DNA of 13,779 nucleotides from a virus: IMG/VR virus record IMGVR_UViG_3300045988_103014, positions 1 to 13,779 of that record; one strand, 5' to 3'. Shown piece by piece: positions 13,720 to 13,779 of this stretch (position 1 is its first letter; each line of letters starts with the position of its first letter). The notes under the pieces were generated by a model. It saw only the letters and a program-made list of their open reading frames with translations, ran no database searches and was not told where the DNA came from. The position numbers and the translations under genes were made by a program.

Positions 13720-13779
13720 ATTTATATAAGGTTGAAAAATAATGAATTTAAGAATAATCGGAGGATTTCGCCCATGGAA

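Overview
This window is AT-rich (about 38-40% GC) and reads like the early/accessory region of a phage, or phage-like mobile element, of a low-GC Gram-positive (Firmicutes) host. The host call rests on three things: consensus sigma-A type promoters (TTGAYW-N17-TATAAT/TATTAT with an extended-10 TG), strong GGAGG Shine-Dalgarno sites, and a preference for AAG/GAG codons.

The layout is as follows:
- **1..468:** the 5' end of a minus-strand gene, driven by its own promoter at 538-566.
- **About 640-1200:** a roughly 560-bp non-coding block dense with three interleaved short repeat families, which looks like iterons.
- **1091..1936:** a small minus-strand operon. A ribbon-helix-helix protein with a TTG start precedes a 72-aa protein and a 152-aa protein with a C-terminal helix-turn-helix. 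A divergent control region at 1940-2317 carries an operator-like 18-mer that also recurs in the repeat block.
- **2260 to the end of the window:** every gene is on the + strand. They are arranged as cassettes, each starting with a nearly identical 50-60 bp unit. That unit is a terminator hairpin whose U-tract overlaps the -35 TTGATTTTTT, then the -10 TATTAT, then a conserved ATATATGTAAGATAAAGAAAG leader. Nine copies face forward and one faces the other way at 538-566.

Products I can recognise:
- a SprT-like zinc metalloprotease (HEVAH) with a zinc ribbon;
- a PPP-family (calcineurin/lambda-phosphatase-like) metallophosphoesterase;
- an M42/M28-like aminopeptidase fused to a Cys-rich zinc-ribbon tail;
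- two large paralogous proteins (562 and 463 aa) that share a core around the motif LC[IL]S[IV]HPLD and carry one to three copies of the same C-x2-C-G-x-R-Y...C-x2-C ribbon module.

Most other ORFs are ORFans. No tRNA, rRNA, CRISPR array, integrase or transposase is evident.
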